Shown one piece after another: positions 1 to 7,572 of a DNA stretch of 64,000 nucleotides (positions within the stretch are counted from its first letter, which is position 1; each line of letters starts with the position of its first letter). The DNA comes from an uncultured Planctomycetales bacterium (GTDB lineage Bacteria > Omnitrophota > Gorgyraeia > Gygaellales > Profunditerraquicolaceae). The DNA lies in assembly GCA_964545575.1 (NCBI GenBank), contig CAZJFL010000006.1, positions 25,721 through 89,720 of the forward strand, in the 5' to 3' direction. A program made the position numbers and the translations under genes. Under the pieces are notes generated by a model. The model saw only the letters and a program-made list of their open reading frames with translations. It did no database searches and was not told where the DNA came from.

Positions 1-2311
1 ATTTTTGGCAATCGGTAGTTTGTCTCCTGCTCAAGGAGAATCTTTATCGCCCGAAGCGCAAGCGAACGCGCAGGAAGCCACCCTTAAAACAGTCACCGCC
101 ATAGAAGTAAAAGGCAATAAGTCTATCAGTGCCAATACCATTATTTCCAAAATGAAGATCAGGATCGGCGGCGCATATCAGGAGAACGTGGTAAGCGATG
201 ATTTAAAACGCCTTTATCTTTTAGGTTTTTTTAGCGATATAAAAATCGATACCGAAGATTATAAAGGCGGAGTGAAAGTGATCGTGACAGTAGTAGAAAG
301 GCCGATCATCGAAAAAATAACCTTTTCCGGGATAGAACGCCTGCCGATGAAGGAAGAGAAAATACGGGAAGCTTTAAAAACCCGCCAGGGGCAGTATTTA
401 GATTATCCTGCCCTCACCGAAGATGTAGGGACTATAGCTAAGATGTACGAAAAAATAGGTTATATCCAGGCCAAGATAGATTACGAGGTAGATCTGAATA
501 AAGAAACCAATAAAGCAAAGGTGCAATTTAACGTGGTAGAAGGTAAAAGAGTTAAGGTCAGGAGCATATCCATTACCGGAAACAAGAGTTATCCGGCTAT
601 TCGCCTGATCAGGTTAATGAAGACAAAACCAGCCTGGCTTTTTAACCCCGGGGTCTTAAAAGACGAAGTCTTGGCGGAAGATATCGAGCGCCTGAAGTCA
701 TTCTACCGGCGGGAAGGTTTTGCGGATATAGCGGTTGATTCCGAAGTTAAAGCTGACCCCAAGAAGCCGTTTTTATATATCTCTATCAGCGTCCGGGAAG
801 GGAAAAAATACCTCGTCGGAAACGTTACTATAAAAGGTAATAAAGATATCCCGGAAAAGGACATTCTGGCAAAACTTAAGGAATGCGTGCCGGGCAAGGT
901 CTATAGCGATGAAGCGATGAAGCAGGATATCGCAAACATTCAGAGCCTTTATTTTGACCGGGGTTACATATTTGCCCAGGTAGAGGAAACTACTTCTCTG
1001 AATACCTATACCGCCCGCACCGATATAATCTATACCATTACTGAAAATGAAGTTGCCTACGTAGATAAAATTAAGATCAGGGGTAATGTTAAAACCAAAG
1101 ATATGGTCATCCGCCGCGAGCTAAGGATTAGGCCGGGAGACAGATTCGACGGAGAGAAGCTCAGGCGCAGCAAGGAGAGGCTGGATAACCTGGCATTTTT
1201 CGAAGAAGTAAGTTATGACACCGAGGATACCACCACCCCCAATAAAAAAGACCTGGTAGTGGAAGTCAAAGAAGCCAAAACCGGGGCCTTTAGTTTCGGC
1301 GGCGGTTACAGTACCGTTGACCAGTTTGTCGGGTTTGTGCAGATTGAGCAAAATAATTTCGACTGGAAGAACTTCCCCTATTTTACCGGCGCCGGCCAGG
1401 ATTTGAAGCTGAGGGCTTCCTTTGGAACGGTAAACAGCGGTTTTGATTTCAGCTTTACCGAGCCCTGGGTCTTTGATTACCCGGTAGCTTTTGGTTTTGA
1501 TGCCTATAAACACAGCACCAAGAGAGAAGAAGATGTGGGCTACGGTTATGACCAGGATATAACCGGAGGGGACGTGCGCGTCGGAAGAGACATCACCGAA
1601 TATATCAGGGGAGATTTAACCTACCGTTACGACCGCATAAAAATCAGTAACATTGACGAGAATGCCAGTCAAGCCTTAAAAGAAGAGGCCGGCACAAATA
1701 ATATCAGCAGCATAGAGCTGGATCTTGCCTATGACAACCGCAATAGTAAGCTTGATCCGGTAAGGGGAAACCTGATTACCGCTGCCATGCAAAATGCCGG
1801 AGGCCCGTTAGGCGCGGATAAAAATTTCTGGAAATTCTACGGCCGGGCTTCGCATTATTTTCCGCTCTTGCGCGGTTCGGCGCTGGAGTTTAGGGGCAGG
1901 CTCGGCATTAGCGGCCCTTACGGCAACTCCGATGATATTCCGCTTTATGAAAGGTTTTTTGCCGGCGGCTCTACTACTATCAGAGGCTATGATGAACGCA
2001 TGGTCGGGCCGATAGACCCCATTTCCAAGGATGCCCTGGGCGGAAGGGCAATGGTCATCGGCAATGTCGAATACCTTTACCCTATTTTTAGTTTCCTGAA
2101 ACTTGCTGTTTTTTACGATACGGGCAATGTCTGGTCCAAGGCAAACGGCATTAAATTAAACGAGTTAAAGTCAGGGATGGGTTTCGGGGTGAGAATTAAG
2201 ACCCCTATCGGGCCGATCATGGTCGATTACGGTATCCCCCTGGATACGCAACCCGGACAGAATAAAAGAGGCAGCGGCAAGTTTCACTTTAATATGAGCA
2301 ATAGTTTCTAG
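1..2311 (+). CDS. bamA: Outer membrane protein assembly factor BamA (Omp85 family), 5'-partial
   Basis: ORF open to the window edge with no signal peptide visible. Repeated POTRA-like segments are followed by a C-terminal beta-barrel ending in a terminal aromatic (…NSF). Sits upstream of skp-lpxD as in the canonical cluster. Confidence 0.88.
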   Translation, partial: FLAIGSLSPAQGESLSPEAQANAQEATLKTVTAIEVKGNKSISANTIISKMKIRIGGAYQENVVSDDLKRLYLLGFFSDIKIDTEDYKGGVKVIVTVVERPIIEKITFSGIERLPMKEEKIREALKTRQGQYLDYPALTEDVGTIAKMYEKIGYIQAKIDYEVDLNKETNKAKVQFNVVEGKRVKVRSISITGNKSYPAIRLIRLMKTKPAWLFNPGVLKDEVLAEDIERLKSFYRREGFADIAVDSEVKADPKKPFLYISISVREGKKYLVGNVTIKGNKDIPEKDILAKLKECVPGKVYSDEAMKQDIANIQSLYFDRGYIFAQVEETTSLNTYTARTDIIYTITENEVAYVDKIKIRGNVKTKDMVIRRELRIRPGDRFDGEKLRRSKERLDNLAFFEEVSYDTEDTTTPNKKDLVVEVKEAKTGAFSFGGGYSTVDQFVGFVQIEQNNFDWKNFPYFTGAGQDLKLRASFGTVNSGFDFSFTEPWVFDYPVAFGFDAYKHSTKREEDVGYGYDQDITGGDVRVGRDITEYIRGDLTYRYDRIKISNIDENASQALKEEAGTNNISSIELDLAYDNRNSKLDPVRGNLITAAMQNAGGPLGADKNFWKFYGRASHYFPLLRGSALEFRGRLGISGPYGNSDDIPLYERFFAGGSTTIRGYDERMVGPIDPISKDALGGRAMVIGNVEYLYPIFSFLKLAVFYDTGNVWSKANGIKLNELKSGMGFGVRIKTPIGPIMVDYGIPLDTQPGQNKRGSGKFHFNMSNSF

Positions 2312-2343
2312 ATGAGGGCATAACTCATGGAGAGGAGAGACAG

Positions 2344-2850
2344 ATGAAGAAGTTAATGGTGTTGTTAGTCGTGATTGCCGGTTGTGTGTTTCTAGTATCG
2401 CCTGTATTTGCCGCGGATAAGTTCGGCTACATCAACGTAGATGTGGTGGCTAAGGAATACGCCAAAGCCAATGACTATACCAAGGCGCTGGAAACTAAAG
2501 AGGCCGCATATAATACGGAGATAGAAAAAAAGGCCAATGAAGTAAAACAGCTGCAGGATAAAATCAACTTATTAAGCGATAAAGAGAAGGCGGCCAAGAA
2601 GAGCGAGTTTGAGGCGAAGGTTAAGGCATTCGATGAATTTGTACGTCAGAAACAGACCGACCTGCGTAAAGAATATATTGAGAAGAAAATCGAAATAGCC
2701 AAAGACATCAAGGATGCGGTAACCCAGTATGCGGAAAAAGAGGGCTATAGTTTTATCTTTGACGGGGCAACCTTAGTCTATCAGCCTAAGGGCGGGGATG
2801 TCTCTGATAAAATCATCAGCATCCTGAATAGCAAGGCCGCTAAGAAATAG
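2344..2850 (+). CDS. skp: Periplasmic chaperone Skp/OmpH
   Basis: N-terminal signal peptide, about 170 aa, Lys/Glu-rich coiled-coil. Lies between bamA and lpxD. RBS GGAGAGGAG upstream. Confidence 0.75.
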   Translation: MKKLMVLLVVIAGCVFLVSPVFAADKFGYINVDVVAKEYAKANDYTKALETKEAAYNTEIEKKANEVKQLQDKINLLSDKEKAAKKSEFEAKVKAFDEFVRQKQTDLRKEYIEKKIEIAKDIKDAVTQYAEKEGYSFIFDGATLVYQPKGGDVSDKIISILNSKAAKK

Positions 2851-2859
2851 ATACGGAAA

Positions 2860-3897
2860 GTGCGTAAAACCCTAAAAGAAATAGCCGATTTTATCGAGGG
2901 TGAAGTAGTCGGCGACGGCAAACTAGTGATTACGGGTATCTCGGGGATAAAGGAAGCCCGCCAGGGCGATATTACTTTCCTGGCTAACCCTAAATATTTA
3001 CCCCTCATAGAAAAGACCTGCGCTTCGGCGGTGATTGTGCCGCGCGATCTTCTAGTTAAAGATAAGCCGACTATCCGCACAGATAATCCTTCGCTGGCAT
3101 TTGCCAAGATACTTTCCCTACTCGGCCCCCAGGAAATAAAACACCCCAGAGGTATCCACTCAAGCGTCATATTAGGCCAGGGCTCCCAGACCGGCCGTAA
3201 TGTAGCCATCGGGCCTTATGCCGTAATCGGCGATAATGTATTTATAGGAGATAACACCGTAATCTACCCGGGTTGCTATTTGGGCCATGATACAAAAATA
3301 GGTAAAGACACTTTAATCTATCCTAATGTTTCTATCCGCGAACGCACCACTATCGGCGAGCGCGTGATTATTCATAGCGGTACGGTGATCGGCTCAGACG
3401 GTTTCGGTTTTACGACAGTGGAAGGGATGCACCAGAAGATCCCGCAGTTAGGGACAGTGGAGATAGGGGATGATGTAGAGATAGGCGCCAACGTCACTAT
3501 TGACCGCGCCCGTTTCGACAAGACCGTTATCGGAAGCGGCACTAAAATTGATAATCTGGTGCAGATCGCCCATAATGTAGTGATCGGAGAAAACTCCCTC
3601 ATTGTGGCGCAGGTAGGGATATCCGGAAGCACGACTGTCGGCAAGAATGTGATCCTGGCCGGACAGGTGGGGATCGTGGGGCACATTGATATCGGAGACA
3701 AGGCTATTGTGATGGCGCAGTCAGGAGTAAATAAATCCGTCCCCGCGGGAGCGACCTTTTGGGGCTATCCGGCAAAACCGGCTGAAATTTCCAGAAAAGT
3801 CAATGCCTGCGTCCAGAACTTGCCCCGCCTATATAATACCATCGCCGAACTTAAGAAAAAAATAGCGGAGTTAGAAGCCAGGCTCAATAAAAAATAA
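2860..3897 (+). CDS. lpxD: UDP-3-O-acylglucosamine N-acyltransferase LpxD
   Basis: GTG start. Left-handed beta-helix hexapeptide repeats (IGxxVxIG…) and an LpxD N-terminal domain. Confidence 0.9.
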   Translation: MRKTLKEIADFIEGEVVGDGKLVITGISGIKEARQGDITFLANPKYLPLIEKTCASAVIVPRDLLVKDKPTIRTDNPSLAFAKILSLLGPQEIKHPRGIHSSVILGQGSQTGRNVAIGPYAVIGDNVFIGDNTVIYPGCYLGHDTKIGKDTLIYPNVSIRERTTIGERVIIHSGTVIGSDGFGFTTVEGMHQKIPQLGTVEIGDDVEIGANVTIDRARFDKTVIGSGTKIDNLVQIAHNVVIGENSLIVAQVGISGSTTVGKNVILAGQVGIVGHIDIGDKAIVMAQSGVNKSVPAGATFWGYPAKPAEISRKVNACVQNLPRLYNTIAELKKKIAELEARLNKK

Positions 3898-3899
3898 AT

Positions 3900-5213
3900 A
3901 TGGAACAGCAAAGGACGATTGCCAGAGACGCCAGTTTAAAAGGCGTAGGCCTGCATACGGCTAAGGAAGTGAACATTACCTTTAAGCCGGCAGGCCTGGA
4001 CTGCGGTATCAATTTTATCCGCACGGATACAACACCCAGAGTCACGATTAAAGCCTCGGTGGATACGCTGTTATCTCAGTCGCGCTCACCCCGGCGCACC
4101 TCCATAGGCAAGGACGGTATAGAGGTGCATACCATCGAGCATCTGATGGCGGCCCTGTCGGGTTTGGGGATAGACAACCTGGATATTGAAATTAACAACG
4201 AAGAAGTCCCCGGTCTTGACGGCAGCAGCCTGAATTTTTTAAAAGCGCTTACTGATGCGGGCATTAAAGAGCAGGCTAAGGCGCGTCATTATTATCTGGT
4301 CAGAGACCCTATTTTTGTAGAAGAGCCCGGCGGCTCGATTGTAGTTTTGCCGGCGCAGGATTTCAGGATATCCTACACTTTAAGTTACGATCACCCGCTT
4401 TTAAAAGCGGAGTTTATGGAGTTGGGCATTAATGCGGATACCTTTAAGGATGAATTAGCTGCTTCGCGCACCTTCTGCCTGGAAGAAGAAGCGACGGAAT
4501 TGCAGCAGCAGGGTATTGGACAGGGCGCAAATTACGAGAATACTCTTGTCTTAGGCAAGACCGGGGTGCTGAAGAACAAACTGCGCTATGAGGATGAGTT
4601 CATCCGGCATAAGATACTGGATTTAATGGGCGATTTATACGTGCTGGGCCAACCGATAAAGGCTCACGTTATTGCTTTAAGGAGCGGGCACTCTTTGAAC
4701 CTGAAATTAATCAAGAAAATAGACCGGGAAAAGCAAAAGCAGTCTGCCGGAGGCATCGGCGCTTCCTACTCTCCGCCTGAAGGGCAGGAGCTGGGTGCGC
4801 CTGAGATTATGAAAATATTGCCGCACCGCGAGCCTTTCCTGTTTGTAGATAGAATAACTTCTTTGGAAAAAGGCAGGCGCGCCGTGGGGATAAAGAACGT
4901 TACCATAAACGATTATTTTTTTAAAGGGCATTTTCCCACCAGACCGGTGATGCCGGGGGTGCTGATTATCGAAGCTATGGCGCAGGTGGGCGGGGTGATG
5001 ATGCTTTCTCCGGAGGAGAATCAGGGTAAGATCGCTTATTTTATCGCTGCCGATAATATAAAGTTTAGAAAAACCGTGGTGCCGGGCGACCAGCTGGTGC
5101 TGGAAGTAGATGCCGGAAAAATTAAACCTAAGACCGGCCTGGTGCATGCTAAGGCAAAAGTAGAGGGAAAAGTGGTCGCCGAAGCAGACCTTAAGTTTGT
5201 TTTAACGGATTAA
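3900..5213 (+). CDS. lpxC-fabZ: Bifunctional UDP-3-O-acyl-GlcNAc deacetylase LpxC / 3-hydroxyacyl-ACP dehydratase FabZ fusion
   Basis: The N-terminal 280 aa have LpxC hallmarks (GVGLHTAKEV…HTIEHL). The C-terminal 140 aa form a FabZ hotdog domain (…GHFPTRPVMPGVLIIEAMAQ…). A Gly/Ser/Pro linker joins them. Confidence 0.9.
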   Translation: MEQQRTIARDASLKGVGLHTAKEVNITFKPAGLDCGINFIRTDTTPRVTIKASVDTLLSQSRSPRRTSIGKDGIEVHTIEHLMAALSGLGIDNLDIEINNEEVPGLDGSSLNFLKALTDAGIKEQAKARHYYLVRDPIFVEEPGGSIVVLPAQDFRISYTLSYDHPLLKAEFMELGINADTFKDELAASRTFCLEEEATELQQQGIGQGANYENTLVLGKTGVLKNKLRYEDEFIRHKILDLMGDLYVLGQPIKAHVIALRSGHSLNLKLIKKIDREKQKQSAGGIGASYSPPEGQELGAPEIMKILPHREPFLFVDRITSLEKGRRAVGIKNVTINDYFFKGHFPTRPVMPGVLIIEAMAQVGGVMMLSPEENQGKIAYFIAADNIKFRKTVVPGDQLVLEVDAGKIKPKTGLVHAKAKVEGKVVAEADLKFVLTD

Positions 5214-5214
5214 A

Positions 5215-6006
5215 ATGAAAACAGAAATAGATACCAGTGCCGTGGTCTCCCAGAAAGCTAAATTATACGATCATGTCACAATCGGCGAGTATTCTATTAT
5301 TAAAGATAATGTCTCTATCGGTGCGGGTACAAAAATCGGCGCGCACTGCGTAATAGAAGGCAATACCACAATCGGGAAATCCTGCGAAATCTTTACCGGG
5401 GCAGTGCTGGGAAGCCGGCCGCAGGACTTAAAATATAAAGGAGAAAATAGCTTATTGGAGATAGGCGATCATAATATCATCCGTGAATACTGCACCTTTA
5501 ACCCCGGCACAGAAGACGGGAGAAAGACCAAGGTCGGAAATAATAACCTGTTTATGGCTTATTCGCACATTGCCCACGATTGCGTAGTAGGAAATAATTG
5601 TATCATCGCTAACAACGGAACGCTGGCCGGCCATGTTACCATTGAAGATAAGGCAGTGGTCGGGGGTTTGGTTGCTATCCATCAGTTCGTCAGGATCGGG
5701 CAACTTTCCATTATCGGAGGCTGTTCCAAGGTAGTGCAGGATATTCCGCCGTATTCCACCTGCGACGGGCATCCGGCGCGGGTATACGGATTAAACCTGG
5801 TGGGTTTAAGGCGCCATAATATCCCCAAAGAATCGTTAAAGCAATTGAACCGCGCCTTTTCCATTCTTTTTAATCAAGGGTTAACCATTAAACATGCTCT
5901 TGCCAAATTAGAAGAAGAGATCCAGCCCGCCTCAGCTGAGGTTCGGTATCTGGTAAATTTTATCAAAAAGTCCGAAAGAGGTATTGCGCGTTCCTGCCGT
6001 AAATAG
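5215..6006 (+). CDS. lpxA: Acyl-ACP--UDP-GlcNAc O-acyltransferase LpxA
   Basis: Hexapeptide-repeat acyltransferase, 263 aa, with an LpxA C-terminal helical domain. Directly follows lpxC-fabZ. Confidence 0.9.
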   Translation: MKTEIDTSAVVSQKAKLYDHVTIGEYSIIKDNVSIGAGTKIGAHCVIEGNTTIGKSCEIFTGAVLGSRPQDLKYKGENSLLEIGDHNIIREYCTFNPGTEDGRKTKVGNNNLFMAYSHIAHDCVVGNNCIIANNGTLAGHVTIEDKAVVGGLVAIHQFVRIGQLSIIGGCSKVVQDIPPYSTCDGHPARVYGLNLVGLRRHNIPKESLKQLNRAFSILFNQGLTIKHALAKLEEEIQPASAEVRYLVNFIKKSERGIARSCRK

Positions 6007-6054
6007 GGACTGTCCCCGCAGTCGCCTTTTACTTCAGGCTGAGGGGACTGTCCC
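6006..6054. repeat. Paired palindromes GGGACTGTCCCC … GGGGACTGTCCC (family 3), copy 1
   Basis: The 11-mer GGGACTGTCCC is self-complementary. Two copies flank a 25-nt spacer immediately after the lpxA stop. The same pair recurs at 60561-60641. Confidence 0.55.
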
Positions 6055-6071
6055 TAAGGCTTTAAAAGAAA

Positions 6072-6875
6072 ATGGAAAAAATTGGTTTAATCGCCGGTAA
6101 CCGTAAGTTTCCCCTTCTTTTTTGCGCCGCCGCCAAGAAAAGAGCCTATCATATCGTGGCCGTAGCCATAAAAGGGGACACCTCGCCCGCTTTAAAAAAA
6201 CTCGTGGATAAAATATACTGGCTTAGGCTCGGCGAGTTCACCCGCCTTTTTGAGATCTTTAAGAAAGAAGGGGTCACTAAAGTAGTCATGGCCGGCCAGA
6301 TCAGCCCGCACCGCCTTTTTAGCAAAGAAGTAAGTAAAAATAAAGCAATACAGGATATCTTAAGCAGCATCAGAGATAAAAAAGCCGACACCATATTCGG
6401 CGCGATAGCGCAAAAGTTAAAAGACTCCGGGATTGAATTAGCGGACTCTACTATTTTTATGGAAGAGTTTCTTCCTGCCAAAGGCACACTCGCCAGGAGA
6501 GAGCCGGATTTTGCCGAATGGGAAGATATCCACTTTGGCTTAAGGCTAGCCAAAGAAATTGCTTATTTGGATATCGGCCAGAGCGTGGCGGTAAAACATA
6601 AAGCCGTAGTGGCGGTGGAAGCTCTGGAAGGCACGGATAATCTCATCCGCCGCGCCGGTAAAATTGCCGGAAAAGGCGCAGTCATGGTTAAGGTCAGTAA
6701 GCCAAAGCAGGACATGCGATTTGATATCCCGGTCATAGGTTTGACCACCGTAAAGAACCTGATCAAAGCAGGTGTCTGCTGCCTGGCCATTGAAGCCGAT
6801 AAAACTCTTTTTATTGACAAGGAAGCCAGCATAAGACTAGCCGATAAAAAAGGTCTCGCCATCGTCGCAGTATAA
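6072..6875 (+). CDS. lpxI: UDP-2,3-diacylglucosamine hydrolase LpxI (DUF1009 family)
   Basis: 267 aa. N-terminus MEKIGLIAGNRKFPLLF is typical of LpxI. Positioned after lpxA as in lpxA-lpxI-lpxB clusters. Confidence 0.7.
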   Translation: MEKIGLIAGNRKFPLLFCAAAKKRAYHIVAVAIKGDTSPALKKLVDKIYWLRLGEFTRLFEIFKKEGVTKVVMAGQISPHRLFSKEVSKNKAIQDILSSIRDKKADTIFGAIAQKLKDSGIELADSTIFMEEFLPAKGTLARREPDFAEWEDIHFGLRLAKEIAYLDIGQSVAVKHKAVVAVEALEGTDNLIRRAGKIAGKGAVMVKVSKPKQDMRFDIPVIGLTTVKNLIKAGVCCLAIEADKTLFIDKEASIRLADKKGLAIVAV

Positions 6876-6888
6876 ATTACCCCTTCAG

Positions 6889-6917
6889 TTGAAAAGCTAT
6901 CTTTTTCATGCTATACT
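6889..6917 (+). promoter_or_regulatory. Sigma70-like promoter (TTGAAA-17-TATACT)
   Basis: The hexamers and a 17-nt spacer are read directly. The predicted TSS coincides with the start of a 12-bp helix arm at 6925. Confidence 0.4.
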
Positions 6918-6924
6918 TTATATT

Positions 6925-7102
6925 GCCGATAAAGGCAAACCCGCCGAAAGGCGGGGGCGCAAAGCCGCAGGCCTAAGGCCGTGAGTTAACGTTGGACGGC
7001 TACGGTAGCTGGGCTGCCGAAGGAGGTCGAGAGGAGTGCTTTCGACTGGCCTTTATCGGCGGTCGTTTTACAAGGAATCCCAACATTTTGTTGGGATTTT
7101 TT
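6925..7102 (+). ncRNA. Candidate structured small RNA (about 178 nt) of unknown family
   Basis: A 12-bp perfect long-range helix (GCCGATAAAGGC 6925-6936 with GCCTTTATCGGC 7049-7060). It encloses a GNRA hairpin CCCGCC-GAAA-GGCGGG and other hairpins. It ends in an intrinsic-terminator-like hairpin plus T-run. Local GC looks well above that of flanking genes. Confidence 0.3.
7076..7102 (+). terminator. Rho-independent terminator-like hairpin (AATCCCAAC-ATTTT-GTTGGGATT + TTTTTTG)
   Basis: Perfect 9-bp stem with a 5-nt loop, followed by a T-run. Confidence 0.45.
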
Positions 7103-7127
7103 GTTAGCAACCCCGTCGATTTCCCAC

Positions 7128-7365
7128 CCATATATTTTGTGGGGCCTGTCTTGGCTATTTTCTCGCGGGGACGCTTGTTGCGTCCCAGCGTGCCGCAATT
7201 GCGTCCTTCGCTTACGCTTCAGGACGCAACCCCTCTTAGTAAGCGCATGGGCTGCGCTCGTCTCCAGCCCCTCGCTCTCACCGAGTATCTATTTAGCGGG
7301 TGAACCGTGCCCGCTCGGGGCTTCCGACGCCCCGCTCTAAAATAGCCAAGCCACCCACAAAATAT
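7128..7365. repeat. Roughly 238-bp segment bounded by about 33-nt imperfect terminal inverted repeats (MITE-like, or domain 2 of a large RNA)
   Basis: Left end ATATTTTGTGGGGCC…TTGGCTATTTTCTCGC matches the reverse complement of right end GCTCTAAAATAGCCAAGCCACCCACAAAATAT. This gives nested helices 7130-7143/7352-7363 and 7153-7161/7341-7349. The interior holds two 7-bp hairpins sharing GCGTCC arms and a three-way junction at 7289-7345. Confidence 0.4.
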
Positions 7366-7416
7366 CGAATTCGTTCAAAAACTCTCCAGATTCATTTTTT
7401 GATGGCTTAAGTTGCA

Positions 7417-7491
7417 TTTAGCGGGTGGCACGGGGATGCTTCGCGAGCGCTATCATAGCGCAAGAAGCGCCCCGTGACAGGACCCGCTAAA
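7417..7491 (+). repeat. Family-2 palindromic element TTTAGCGGGT…ACCCGCTAAA (about 75-nt extended hairpin)
   Basis: Four stacked perfect stem segments (10+7+5+6 bp). The conserved termini recur at 28610-28681 in the same sense relative to the downstream gene. A related unit lies at 7289-7345. Confidence 0.55.
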
Positions 7492-7572
7492 CTCTTACTT
7501 CTATTCGTAATAATACCTTATTATTGGCATTTTCTATTTCCATTTTAGATGAGCGGTGTTATAATACAATCT

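Noticed and set aside
703-1513. Antisense ORFs inside bamA (703..897, 1121..1513) and the many other minus-strand ORFs nested in plus-strand genes (for example 2781..3209, 3372..3701, 4707..5147, 21529..21903, 59768..60361)
   Set aside because: They are shadow ORFs fully contained in well-supported genes on the opposite strand. None has an RBS or independent motif support.
6992-7340. ORFs 6992..7303 (+), 7101..7340 (+) and 6986..7198 (-) inside the GC-rich region
   Set aside because: No RBS and no recognisable protein motifs. They run through multiple perfect hairpins and palindromes. High GC inflates ORF length by chance.
6880-7548. Identification of the structured region as RNase P RNA, tmRNA, SRP RNA or 6S RNA
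   Set aside because: Universal motifs are absent on both strands: GGAAAGTCCGGGC and ACAGAANCCGGCTTA for RNase P, a tRNA-like 3' end and tag ORF for tmRNA, and AGGTCCGGAAGGAAGCAGC-like SRP domain IV. The multi-hairpin layout is not a 6S-like single long stem.
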